In this document: positions 21,233-31,156 of the stretch, piece after piece | Position numbering within the stretch: position 1 is the stretch's first letter | How the letters are laid out: each line of letters starts with the position of its first letter | DNA from: a virus | DNA: 64,000 nt | Direction: 5' to 3' (one strand) | Virus record (IMG/VR): IMGVR_UViG_3300022924_000016 | Location: 1 to 64,000 of that record | Made by a program: the position numbers and the translations under genes | The notes under the pieces: model-generated | The model's database searches: none | The model's input: the letters and a program-made list of their open reading frames with translations, nothing else | What the model was told of the DNA's origin: nothing

Positions 21233-22001
21233 TCTTTTAAGTCTTCTATTAAAGTTTTTTCTGCGCCCGTTTCTGATATATGCGTCAATTTACCTTTATG
21301 GTAAGCAAAGTAACCACAATCTTTACCGCCTATTTCCAAAGAAAATTCATTATCCGAATCTATTTTCCAATCTACAATCAATGTTCCAATTTTTGATTTA
21401 TAAATATCTGTTATTTTAGAGTGGTGTTCACTAACAAGAGCAATTATTTTCAGACTACTTATATAAACAGATTCGCTTACATCCGCTTCTACTATTTCTT
21501 TAAGTATTTCTAGTTTCGTCATCCTTTTATTTTATCTGAAATATCTTCTAAAACTATTTCCATTGCTCTGTCTAAACTGTTTACTTTTGCGGGGATATGC
21601 CAAACAGTTTCTTTTTGATCGGGCGTTGTAGCTATAATCCAAAAAGGTTTTCCATCATCACCTATGTCAAACTGTATATAAAAACCTTTATATCGTTTCA
21701 TTTCTTAGGTACTCTTTAATTTCCTCAATACTCATTTCATCAATATCTTCTAAAGCCATCTCACAGAACATACTTGTTTCCCTTTGTTTATAGTCGGCTA
21801 TAATGCTCTGTAAACTTTCTAAAGTATAATTTGTCTTACTTAAACCACTACATTCTCGCATAAACAATTCTACTCTTGATTCCATATTTATAGCATCTAT
21901 AACCTCTAAATAGAGCTGGTTCAAAAGTTGGGACTTACTCATCTTTTCAAATAATTTTACTAAGTCTGGTCTCTGTTCTTTTAATTTTTTAATTGTTTCT
22001 A

Positions 22002-22352
22002 TCATAATAATTGTTTTACTTTTTCTTTCACGGCGAGAAATTCTTCTTCTGTAATTGTTTTTATACTTTCTTCGTCGTTCAAGTTCTCACCTTTAAAATA
22101 AAGTTCAGCAATTGTTGGCAAACTGTCTCGATAATCTTTGCGGAAAAGAACTAAATAATCCTCATAGCTATCTCTTACTTTTGTAAAACCTACTTCAGGA
22201 TAAACATCTGAATTACCAGAAGTCTCTATCTCAATTTTGTAGTATTCATAAGGCTCCCCTCCAAAATAACCCAAAGAGAAGTAATAAATTCCATCTCCAA
22301 CAGTTATTTCTTCTGTTACAGTTTCTATTGTTTTATTCTTTATTAATTTCAT
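22002..22352 (-). CDS. hypothetical protein
   Basis: 116-aa ORF. Confidence 0.6.
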   Translation of the reverse strand: MKLIKNKTIETVTEEITVGDGIYYFSLGYFGGEPYEYYKIEIETSGNSDVYPEVGFTKVRDSYEDYLVLFRKDYRDSLPTIAELYFKGENLNDEESIKTITEEEFLAVKEKVKQLL

Positions 22353-22519
22353 CCTCTAGTTTTACGTATAAAAATATATTATCTTTCTTCTTGCCTGTCT
22401 CTGTGTCAACTTCATAAGCTATAGAGCCACAACAAGGTGTACTACCAAACCAATTCTCATACCAGTTTCCACATACATTACAAGCTACTGTAAAATTCTC
22501 TTCGTTCGCCATAGTTTTC

Positions 22520-22900
22520 TCATCTGTTAAAATACCAAATTATTATTGAAGTGTTTATTAAAATGTGGAATATATTGTCCACAATTATCATTAGCCAAGT
22601 GCTAAGCCATACAGGTGTTTCTTTTTCAAATCCCCAATTATCACTTTTGAAATTCCAATTTACTAATTTTATCCAATATTGAGCAAGCCTATATCTGTCA
22701 ATAAAATAATGTGTGATTAAGATAGGGAGCCAAAAATAAAAATTAACTAGATATAAAAACAGTAGGCTATAAGTTATAGCATGTATGAAAGCAGGTAAAA
22801 AACGTTTAGTTTTATTTTGTGCCACCCAATTGTTCTGAATCAAGTAGTCACCTATAAAATGGAACAGTATTCCTAGCATTACCGCTTTAGATTCTTCCAT
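22520..22900 (-). CDS. DUF3307-family membrane protein
   Basis: HFIGDYLIQ..W.A..K, H...Y, TH..ID and DN.FH motifs. Confidence 0.8.
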   Translation of the reverse strand: MEESKAVMLGILFHFIGDYLIQNNWVAQNKTKRFLPAFIHAITYSLLFLYLVNFYFWLPILITHYFIDRYRLAQYWIKLVNWNFKSDNWGFEKETPVWLSTWLMIIVDNIFHILINTSIIIWYFNR

Positions 22901-22909
22901 AATTTTTAT

Positions 22910-23434
22910 TTAAGGTTGCCAATATATATCTTTATGGATACTTTTAAATTTATTTTCATATTTTATAAAATTCCAAATGAAGCCGTAGTCATGGCAAACG
23001 AACTTATTCTTTATCCAACCGAAATTACTAACTTTCAAGTCAGACATAAACTTAGGAACTGTTTTTGGTCTTTCTTTTCCTGGTTTTTCTTGTGTCCGCT
23101 CCATTATTAAAATTTTACCATTAGGACTTATCCATTTAACAGGTGCAAACCAGTCCTTGACCCACTCTAAATGATTTTTAAGACCTTTGACTTCTTCCCA
23201 AAGTAAGTATTCTGCCATATTACAGCTCCCGTTATGAGGCTCTACTTTAATTACGTATCTAGGATCCAAATTGTACTCGTATACTGAACGATAACAACCT
23301 TCTCCAAGTTTTTGCCCACAAAGCATAGTTACAAAATCTGTTGCAACATCTTGATAAGACAATAAAGCATGTACTTCATTTAAATTGTTTAGATTATTCT
23401 TTAATCTATTAGGTTCGTAAGGGTCACTAATCAT
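22910..23434 (-). CDS. minimal protein-kinase-like protein
   Basis: LGEGCYRSVY (Gly loop), VIKVE, LIMER, DLKVSNFG (catalytic loop), CHDYG (DFG-like). Confidence 0.75.
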   Translation of the reverse strand: MISDPYEPNRLKNNLNNLNEVHALLSYQDVATDFVTMLCGQKLGEGCYRSVYEYNLDPRYVIKVEPHNGSCNMAEYLLWEEVKGLKNHLEWVKDWFAPVKWISPNGKILIMERTQEKPGKERPKTVPKFMSDLKVSNFGWIKNKFVCHDYGFIWNFIKYENKFKSIHKDIYWQP

Positions 23435-23681
23435 AATAAATATTTATCAATTGTTCTCCAACGTGTGACTTCAATCCCTTCAAAACCGCTTGAAGTATAT
23501 GATTCTTTTAATACTTTATAGGTTTCAAGCCACACTGTAACTTTACCTACTTTCTTTGGCAACCAAGCATATTTTAGAAATACTTGTTTAGTTCCATCTT
23601 CTATGTTTGCTGATAGTATTCTCATAGTGTAAAAGTAATCTATTTTAAATGTAAATCAAATATATTTAACTTTATTATAAC

Positions 23682-23709
23682 AAAAAACCGAAGTGTTTTA
23701 GGCTTCGGT
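23682..23709 (-). terminator. intrinsic terminator
   Basis: ACCGAAG-loop-CTTCGGT + T-run on minus strand after 23741-23941. Confidence 0.8.
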
Positions 23710-23740
23710 CTAACTTAATTTTCACGTCGAATGAAAATCT

Positions 23741-23941
23741 CTATGATGTTGCAAGCTTTACTGCCCACATGCAAGCTTCTTCAAATTTTGTGATTGCTAT
23801 TGAAGCAAGTCTCGGATCTAATTCTTTTGCATCTTCTATCGCATTAATAATTCTAGCCGTTTGTTCTTTGAAAAAGTTCACATTTCCAACTCCGCTTGGA
23901 TTAAATTCTGCTCTTACTATTTGTTCTCCTTTTGTTTTCAT
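23741..23941 (-). CDS. Tad1/Acb2-like nucleotide-signal sponge (anti-defence)
   Basis: 66 aa, two helices; RLASIAITKFEEACMWAVK matches the Tad1/Acb2-type C-terminal motif. Confidence 0.7.
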   Translation of the reverse strand: MKTKGEQIVRAEFNPSGVGNVNFFKEQTARIINAIEDAKELDPRLASIAITKFEEACMWAVKLATS

Positions 23942-24515
23942 CTTAAATAAATTCTTCTATTTTTGTTGTAAGGTCTGACATATCTTCGATAACATCTTCC
24001 AACCAATTCAATTTGTACTTCAAAATATCAACAGTAGGTATAAATACAGGCTCTCCACTTTCAACTCCTTTTGTGGGAGCTTGGAGTCCTGCGCCGTACA
24101 CTTTATTTACTTTTGATTCTAGCCTTTCTCTGACTTCAACTAATCTTTGAAGTTTATAGTCCAACTGTTGTAAAAAATTATCTAAGTCTGGCTGTTTTTG
24201 TACTACGTTTAAATCACTCATTTTTGTTTGAATTTAATATTTTGACATTACCAAAACCTCCTATATAATAATTTGAAAACTCTTTTGTAGTAGAACATTC
24301 GGTAGCTTCTGTCTTTTTTAACATTTGTGCTATTGTTTTATGATCCTCGTCGGTTACGGGATAAAATATATACGGAGGCTCTTTTATAAAAAAATCAGGT
24401 TCTTCACTAGCTAAATGGTATAAAGAATCTAGGACTTTTCTAAGGTTTGAGTTGCTAAAATCATAAATGTCAGAGTAGTGATTATTTAATGATACTTTCA
24501 TTTTGTTTGTTTTAA

Positions 24516-26054
24516 TTATTCTCTAGGAGAAATTATACTGATTACGTCTATGTTTAATAATAAAATCGCTGTTGCTTTCGCATTCTTTAAAGCTACTGAA
24601 ATACCTTTCTTAGAATCGATGATAGAGTCTTTCAAAAGATTTGAAGTTTCATCTGTTGAGCCGTTATAACCCCATCCATAAATTTCAAATGCTTTTTTAA
24701 GGTGTTCTTCGGGACTTCTTCTTGCATTTTGGCAAATCTGCTTTAGAGGTGATAGTAAAGCTCTCTTGAAAGCATCATAACCATATTGCATATCTGAATT
24801 TTCAAAGGTTTTGTTCATCAAATTAGAAATATGTGCCAAAGCTGAACCTCCTCCTGCTAGAGAACCCTCCAATAAGACTGATTTTACCGCTTTTATGGCG
24901 TCATCTACCCTGTCAAACACTTCTGATGCTCCAACTTCAATATCCCCCCCTACAACAACTGTAACGGATTTCCCTTCTAGAGTTTTTATGCGGTGATTTA
25001 AAAAGTCTGTGTCAATTTCAGCATCCTGACTCTGCAAGTTCCTAAGTTCTTGCAATTTCAAATCAACTTCTTGCTTTCTAGGATTCGTTATGTTGGTTGA
25101 ATTCAAGTTTACGGTTACTTTTTCTGCAAAACCTGCTTCCAAAGGTTCTTGCTGTCCTTGCCTATAGACTTTTCCGCCCGTATACAAAGCGATGTCTCTC
25201 ATTGTCTGCATCCTACTGTCATCATCTCTATACATGGGAGCTTCAATAAGCATTACGCTTGCTCCTGAAGCGACCACTTTAGCTAATTTCTCACTTGCGA
25301 AAGTGGGATCGCCCAAACGTTCAACAACTAATAAAACTGATTCTCCTTTGTTCTTCTTTGAATTGATATAGGATTTTACTTCTTCTGAATCATGCACTTC
25401 ATACCCTTCAAATACCAAGACGTTGCAATTATCAGCCTCAAATACCCCTTTGGCTTCGTTATTGATAAGGCTTGGCGTGAACCATCCTCTATCTAATTTC
25501 ATTCCCGTGGAAACTCTCAAAGAAACTGATTTTTCCTTTATGGATTGTATTGAATCTATGATTCCTTCTCCATTATTGGATTCTTCATAGGCTCTTGCAA
25601 TAATTTCTCCAATGTTTTTATCGTTATTGGCTGAAACTGTTGCAATGTCCCTTACTGTTTTCTTTGTAGTTTTCTTGGCGAATTTATTGAGGTACCTTTG
25701 AGCATCTTTATGTGCCTCTTCCATACCGAACTCCATTTTCTTGTTAAAGTTTTCTCCAATTTCTTCTACTAGGGATTGAGCTAGGACTAGAGTTGTTGTG
25801 GTATTATCCCCAATCTCTGTCAAAGTTTTAACGGCCGCCTGTTTAGCCAGAAGAACGCCCTGATATTTCACAGGGTCATTCTCTAGGATATGTCGGGCAA
25901 CAGAAACACCGTCTTTGGTAACTTTAGGTACTCCCATTTGGGTATTCTCTAAAACAGCGAGTTTTCCCTCTGCCCCTAAAGTTCTTTTTACGGCGTTGCA
26001 AACTATATTAAAACCTTCCAATAAATCTTTTTTATCTCCTACTAATGTTGCCAT
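24516..26054 (-). CDS. groEL: phage chaperonin GroEL (Cpn60)
   Basis: AVKRTLG, VTKDGVSVA, GDNTTT, IATVSANND, DRVDDA, GGG; no GGM tail. Confidence 0.92.
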   Translation of the reverse strand: MATLVGDKKDLLEGFNIVCNAVKRTLGAEGKLAVLENTQMGVPKVTKDGVSVARHILENDPVKYQGVLLAKQAAVKTLTEIGDNTTTTLVLAQSLVEEIGENFNKKMEFGMEEAHKDAQRYLNKFAKKTTKKTVRDIATVSANNDKNIGEIIARAYEESNNGEGIIDSIQSIKEKSVSLRVSTGMKLDRGWFTPSLINNEAKGVFEADNCNVLVFEGYEVHDSEEVKSYINSKKNKGESVLLVVERLGDPTFASEKLAKVVASGASVMLIEAPMYRDDDSRMQTMRDIALYTGGKVYRQGQQEPLEAGFAEKVTVNLNSTNITNPRKQEVDLKLQELRNLQSQDAEIDTDFLNHRIKTLEGKSVTVVVGGDIEVGASEVFDRVDDAIKAVKSVLLEGSLAGGGSALAHISNLMNKTFENSDMQYGYDAFKRALLSPLKQICQNARRSPEEHLKKAFEIYGWGYNGSTDETSNLLKDSIIDSKKGISVALKNAKATAILLLNIDVISIISPRE

Positions 26055-26056
26055 TC

Positions 26057-26431
26057 TTATAAGTCCTCCGTTTGTTTTTTAGCTGTTCCGTCTTCTACTA
26101 AAGCCTTGTGTACGTTCTTAAATACATTGACTAAATCTAATGCGTGGGCACCCAGAGTAGTCATTCCTGATACAGGTCTTTGACTGAAAAATGAATTCGC
26201 ATTTGGATATCCCGCCCATTCAATGTCAACCGTATCTAGATTCTTATCCTCTGTGAAATTAGGATTTACTAATTGCGGGTAGACATCTAAAAACACATCA
26301 TCTACTCTGTTATCGGCAACTACCAAATTCAATAATTCGATTAGATTATAAATTTGATACCCTTTAACGTCAATAGTAACCACTTGATCGGGGGAGTAAG
26401 TATACTCCATTAAATTAATTTTTTCTTCCAT
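26057..26431 (-). CDS. hypothetical protein
   Basis: 124-aa ORF. Confidence 0.65.
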   Translation of the reverse strand: MEEKINLMEYTYSPDQVVTIDVKGYQIYNLIELLNLVVADNRVDDVFLDVYPQLVNPNFTEDKNLDTVDIEWAGYPNANSFFSQRPVSGMTTLGAHALDLVNVFKNVHKALVEDGTAKKQTEDL

Positions 26432-26432
26432 A

Positions 26433-27110
26433 TTAAAAAGGGAGTCCTGAATTATCTACTGTTTCCTGTTTCTTAGTTTCTGCTTTTGGCACAGGTTGTT
26501 CATTACTTTCTCCCGAAACCCATTTCAATCTTTCTGTCTGTGCTTTTAGGACTTCTAAAAGATATTCATTCTTAGCTTCTAAACTTACCGCACTTGGCTT
26601 ATTTTTACCTAAAGCATCTTTTTTCCAAACGATTGCAGGAATATCTCCTTTTACTGATGTGCCGTCTTTATAGTAAGCGTTTGTCAAAGTTCCTTTTAAT
26701 TTCTCACCATCAATTTGGATAGAAATTCCAATTTTAGAATACTTATCTCCTTCTGGAATAAAGTTATATGCTTTAATAGTAATATTATCACCTTTGTTTA
26801 GCTTAGGTAAGAACTTAATTAAACTTTCTGCGTAAGTATCTACATTTCCTTTTTGATCGGCTATAGACACTGGTACATAATGAACAGTATCCCCATCTTT
26901 AATATTTAGAGATATATCATCTCCAAATTTGCCAGAATAAATAGAAACAGATTCTAAAATTCCACTAACCCCATCTTTATAGTACTTTCTATAGGAGATG
27001 TTACCCTTTGTAGACTCGTGTCTGACATAATTCGCTTTTTCTTCTTTTGAATATTCAAACCATTGACCTGATCCAAATTCAAGCTGAAGAAACCTTTTTT
27101 CAATTGCCAT
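26433..27110 (-). CDS. putative single-stranded DNA-binding protein
   Basis: Beta-rich core, flexible tail ending in DNSGLPF (SSB-like C-terminal tip). Confidence 0.55.
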   Translation of the reverse strand: MAIEKRFLQLEFGSGQWFEYSKEEKANYVRHESTKGNISYRKYYKDGVSGILESVSIYSGKFGDDISLNIKDGDTVHYVPVSIADQKGNVDTYAESLIKFLPKLNKGDNITIKAYNFIPEGDKYSKIGISIQIDGEKLKGTLTNAYYKDGTSVKGDIPAIVWKKDALGKNKPSAVSLEAKNEYLLEVLKAQTERLKWVSGESNEQPVPKAETKKQETVDNSGLPF

Positions 27111-27547
27111 TCTTATTTAATTTAGTTATTTAATTTTTCTGTTATGCGGAAGTATTCTCCCAAATTCTTTTGCAATTCTAAATACTCCTCAAATTCATCA
27201 GCTAGAACTGCTCTCTTTTCAGCTTCTTCTCTGATTAAATCTGCTGTTGATTTTTCCACCGCTTTATATGAGTCTGTAAAATTTAGGGTAGCAAAACTAT
27301 CAGTAATACCACTACTTCCAATATAGCCCACATTACTTTGTGGATAATTTCCCAAAACTTCACTTTTTGTCTTTGTAAATCTTAGTGATAATTCTAAGAA
27401 TCTTTTGAACTTTTCTTCCATTTTATTGTGTTCTTGATAATATTAATGATTCTGCTATGAGATTGGACGCATCTTTTTCATCACCCTCTATCATTTCAAA
27501 TGTAATTTTTGCGTGAACTCTTTTACCTTTATAGTCCGATTTAATTT

Positions 27548-28000
27548 CTAATTTGTTTTCTTCCATTTTATTTCTTTTACCCAATCTGTTAATTTTTGAT
27601 ACCAAGGTCTTGAAATCATGTGAATCATATAGTAAATCATCTCAGGGGTTTCTTCAATTTCATAAATATCTCCTGATTTGGTTGTCAATATGCTTGAAAT
27701 CATTGAAGTTTCCACACAAGACTGAAATTCTTCTAAGTCTATAATTAAATCATTGAATTCATATTCAACCTCATCTTCTGGAAGTAGCATATAACCATTT
27801 TCGTCGATTTCTTCTGTTTCATCTTCCTCTAAATCAGAGGGAGGTGTGATATTCATAGACTTAAACCAAGCAGATGTCCCAGGCTTTGCAAAATCTTCAT
27901 CCCCATCAGAATTTCTATTTTTCTTGACGGCTTTTTGAATTCTTTTTTGACCTTCTTCTGTCGGTATGGTTGTTACTGCGGTTAAAAAAAGTAATTTCAT
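27548..28000 (-). CDS. acidic hypothetical protein
   Basis: 150-aa ORF with D/E-rich centre. Confidence 0.65.
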   Translation of the reverse strand: MKLLFLTAVTTIPTEEGQKRIQKAVKKNRNSDGDEDFAKPGTSAWFKSMNITPPSDLEEDETEEIDENGYMLLPEDEVEYEFNDLIIDLEEFQSCVETSMISSILTTKSGDIYEIEETPEMIYYMIHMISRPWYQKLTDWVKEIKWKKTN

Positions 28001-28660
28001 CTATTTTTTAATTTCTAGTTGGTCAAGTAAGATTGAACAGTTTGTTAAACACGCCGCTAAATGGTCTTTAAAATTTTCTTCATCTCCTTCAATAGGTTGA
28101 ACCATTTTCTTTACATGTCTGAATAATGCCCATAAAATCTGCTGTTTGTCTAGAGGTTTTTTACTGTTACCGTGTTCATATTTACCTTTATTCGCCGAAA
28201 ATCTGTCAGCCATCAAATCTAAAATACCTAAATTAATTTCGGAGTAGTCTGCTTTATTGACTGTTTCTTTTTTACCTTCTGTTGTTTGAAAGGCAGGTTG
28301 TTGCCACTTACTTTCCCACTGTTTAATAACTTTCTGTTCGGCTAGACCTTTATTAAGCTCTTTTTGCCTTTCTTGATTTGCTTCTGAAAGTTTATCTTCT
28401 CTGAATAGTCTATTAAACTTTGCATCTTCCGCTCTATTTAGAATATTTCCCACACTCTTTAACAAAACATCAGATTGAGCCCTATTTAATTGTACTTTTC
28501 TAGCTTGGTCAATAAGCTCTTTACCCTTATCTGTCATTGAACCTGCCCCAATATCTTGTAGTTCTGTACTTGGTTTGGCGGGCGAACAATAAAAAATAAC
28601 ATCAATATCTTTTGAAGTGGTATTCACATTTGTAGTTTTTCCGTTTTCAACTTTAATCAT
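28001..28660 (-). CDS. dATP/dGTP diphosphohydrolase-like (DUF5664-type) C-terminal domain
   Basis: K.DYS...LDLMA......GKY..GN.KK.....I..AL.RH......E..DHLAA...N. Confidence 0.6.
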   Translation of the reverse strand: MIKVENGKTTNVNTTSKDIDVIFYCSPAKPSTELQDIGAGSMTDKGKELIDQARKVQLNRAQSDVLLKSVGNILNRAEDAKFNRLFREDKLSEANQERQKELNKGLAEQKVIKQWESKWQQPAFQTTEGKKETVNKADYSEINLGILDLMADRFSANKGKYEHGNSKKPLDKQQILWALFRHVKKMVQPIEGDEENFKDHLAACLTNCSILLDQLEIKK

Positions 28661-28834
28661 CTAGACTTGAATTAATTTTTGATTTACTTGATAAGATTCT
28701 CCCCAAAATTTAAAAGTTTGTGCACCTTGTAAATAGGCTTTCAGCATTCTTTGGTGAAAAGCTTGGTCTTGCTTTGAATTGAAATTTTCAGTCTTACCTA
28801 AAAATCTTCTTGTGTGAGTTGGTTTTTTTAGCAT
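28661..28834 (-). CDS. 57-aa basic protein not in the ORF track
   Basis: MLKKPTHTRRFLGKTENFNSKQDQAFHQRMLKAYLQGAQTFKFWGESYQVNQKLIQV*; abuts the next ATG. Confidence 0.6.
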   Translation of the reverse strand: MLKKPTHTRRFLGKTENFNSKQDQAFHQRMLKAYLQGAQTFKFWGESYQVNQKLIQV

Positions 28835-29124
28835 TATTGAATAGTTTGAAGTAATTCATTATAGTTTTTTATCACGTCTTCTATACAGTATGTGGCATTT
28901 AAGTTTGATGCGATTCTCAATAAGTCTAGTTTTTGTTCTGTTGTCATTTTTTTTGTTTTAGCTATTAAAATAATCCTTTTTATTTAACCTCCGCCAAAAA
29001 GAATCAAAAAATGTGTTAGTCACTACGATACTAAAGAGCTTCCACGACACTATAATAAGGAAATCCGAAGATACTCCTAAGCTGTAATCTCTGTCTACGT
29101 TCCTCACGTCTGAGGATAATCTTG

Positions 29125-29197
29125 TGGTTTTGGAGAATTACGATATCCCGACCCTTGAATTATGAGTTCAACGCTCTTACCTCTGAGCTACAAAACC
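29125..29197 (-). tRNA. tRNA with CAT anticodon (Met or Ile2)
   Basis: GGTTTTG/CAAAACC acceptor stem, GCTC/GAGC D-stem, TTGAA-CTCATAA-TTCAA anticodon arm, T-arm with atypical ATCGTAA loop; no encoded CCA. Confidence 0.85.
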
Positions 29198-29365
29198 TTT
29201 AAAAATAAACCTATAAATATTGATGCTGGTTTCATCTACATCCTGAGCTTGCGGAAATACTTATAGGTTTAATAATTTAATTAGAACTATACTCTCATTT
29301 CTGATTCGTGCGCCTATACCTAGAGGTAAAGTATAATTTTTAGGCAACTAATTAAATTTCTTATG

Positions 29366-29373
29366 CAAATATA
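29366..29373 (-). promoter_or_regulatory. -7 element (TATATTTG) upstream of the tRNA/ncRNA region
   Basis: TAnnTTTG consensus. Confidence 0.65.
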
Positions 29374-29412
29374 CAACCATTATTCCAATAAAACAAATCG
29401 ATTAACCTAAAA

Positions 29413-29736
29413 TTAACAATATTTTGAATAAGAACTGCATTGTCTTTCATAAGTTGGAATTTTCGCGGAAGAAAGAGTTAAAGAATCAGTAATAAGTTCA
29501 TACTTCTTATCTAAAATATACTGTCTAGAAATCTCTCCATTAATATCATAGAAACTGTCTTCAAACTCCAAAATCCAATGACCATCTATTTGAGAATACC
29601 AAGGCTTAATTTCGGGTAGGAGGCAAACTAAAATAGAATATAATCTAAAACAGCTACCCTCAGTATAAATCATTTCATTGAGGTGGTAGGAGGCTTTTAA
29701 TTCTTGTAGAAAAAGAAGTATTTGTTTTTTACTCAC
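29413..29736 (-). CDS. hypothetical phage protein
   Basis: YTEGSCFRLY...H......FYDING motif. Confidence 0.65.
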   Translation of the reverse strand: MSKKQILLFLQELKASYHLNEMIYTEGSCFRLYSILVCLLPEIKPWYSQIDGHWILEFEDSFYDINGEISRQYILDKKYELITDSLTLSSAKIPTYERQCSSYSKYC

Positions 29737-29897
29737 TGCTAGAATTATTTTTATATTTTTTAATAAGTGTTTTTATTAATTCTTCGACTATTTTAAAATC
29801 ATCTTCCTTAAGACTGTATACACCTTTTAATAAAACTCCTTTTCTTAATTCTATAATATTAGAATCTAACATATTTATTTCTATTTAGTTAATTTTT

Positions 29898-30662
29898 CTA
29901 TAATTCTACAAATTCAAATCTAGTCTTGTCTAGTTCAAAAACCTTACCTCTTCTTTTTTGTATTTGTAAGTAATTCTTGGTGATTTCTATAATTTCTTTT
30001 CGGCGCATCTGATGTTTTTCAGGATCTAATATAGCAATAGCACAATTACTAACACCACTTATCGATTCTAAAAAATCATTTAAGCCTGACTTCATACCTA
30101 TATCACTCTGAACAGCATCCGCATTTAAAAACATTTTAGAACTTTGTGGGAGTCTTGTTATGTAAGTATGAGCTTCAGAGGCAGTTAGATTTTGTAATTC
30201 TGAGACTATAACGCAACTGAATTCGGGAAATGTGTTACCGCGCTGAAAACCCACGTGTTCAAATTGAACTTTTGATTTTATAGAATTTGAATTTTCCTTG
30301 CCAACTATTTTATCAATAGAATCATAAAAGCTTTTCAAGTACATGTCAGTTTTTTCTGACAGAGTTCCTGGCATAAAACCTATGGATTTAGATGCCTCAA
30401 TTATTGGCTTACAGATAATTACTCTTTCAAACTCTTTATTCTTTAAGGCCTCTATAGCTCTATACATTTGAACAAAATCTTTAGCACACCCAGCATCACC
30501 TATAACAACAGAAATATCTTGCTCTCTTAAAAAATTTGCTACTGCTTTTTGATGTGGTTTTAATTCAGAAGTCTTTACCTGCTTGTTGCTTGTAAGGGTA
30601 TGTTCTACGACTTTTGGTTTTTTGATCTCTTTCTTTGAACTTGGTTTTTTCTCTCCTGTCAT
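29898..30662 (-). CDS. phoH: PhoH-like protein
   Basis: GDAGCAKD, IGFMPGTLSEK, RGNTF, ELQN, TRL, D..QSDI motifs. Confidence 0.85.
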   Translation of the reverse strand: MTGEKKPSSKKEIKKPKVVEHTLTSNKQVKTSELKPHQKAVANFLREQDISVVIGDAGCAKDFVQMYRAIEALKNKEFERVIICKPIIEASKSIGFMPGTLSEKTDMYLKSFYDSIDKIVGKENSNSIKSKVQFEHVGFQRGNTFPEFSCVIVSELQNLTASEAHTYITRLPQSSKMFLNADAVQSDIGMKSGLNDFLESISGVSNCAIAILDPEKHQMRRKEIIEITKNYLQIQKRRGKVFELDKTRFEFVEL

Positions 30663-31156
30663 TTACTTGATTGTTATTAGACTTCTAAAGTACTTATTTT
30701 ATTTGGTATTTCCTACTGTTTTAACAGAAATTTATTCAGTTGTTGTTGCTTATCTTCAAGGTATTTTCTAACTTCTTCTTTCGCCGAATTTAAATCATAT
30801 TCTGTTAAAAGCCAAGTATCTTCCAATTGAACATCGTAGCTAGGATTTTCCTTATAACCTTTCCATTCAATTCTAAATTTACCTAAAGGGGTTTCTAAAT
30901 CGCAGTGGTTATAGTAACTCTCGTTTTCTATTGGCGGTTTATTTTCTGTCCAATTCATTTTATTTTTCAGGTTTTATCTCTTTCCAAAACTCTTCATTTC
31001 TTTCCACTTCCCTTTCGGAGATTGTTGCAAATCTTGTTGAACCTTTTAAAGAAGGGTGTAATTCATACTTTAAGTTGTCTCTTTCTACAACTACTATAAA
31101 AGAATTGTACCACTCTGTTGGTAAAGACGGATACCATTTCCTTAATAAGTACTCTT

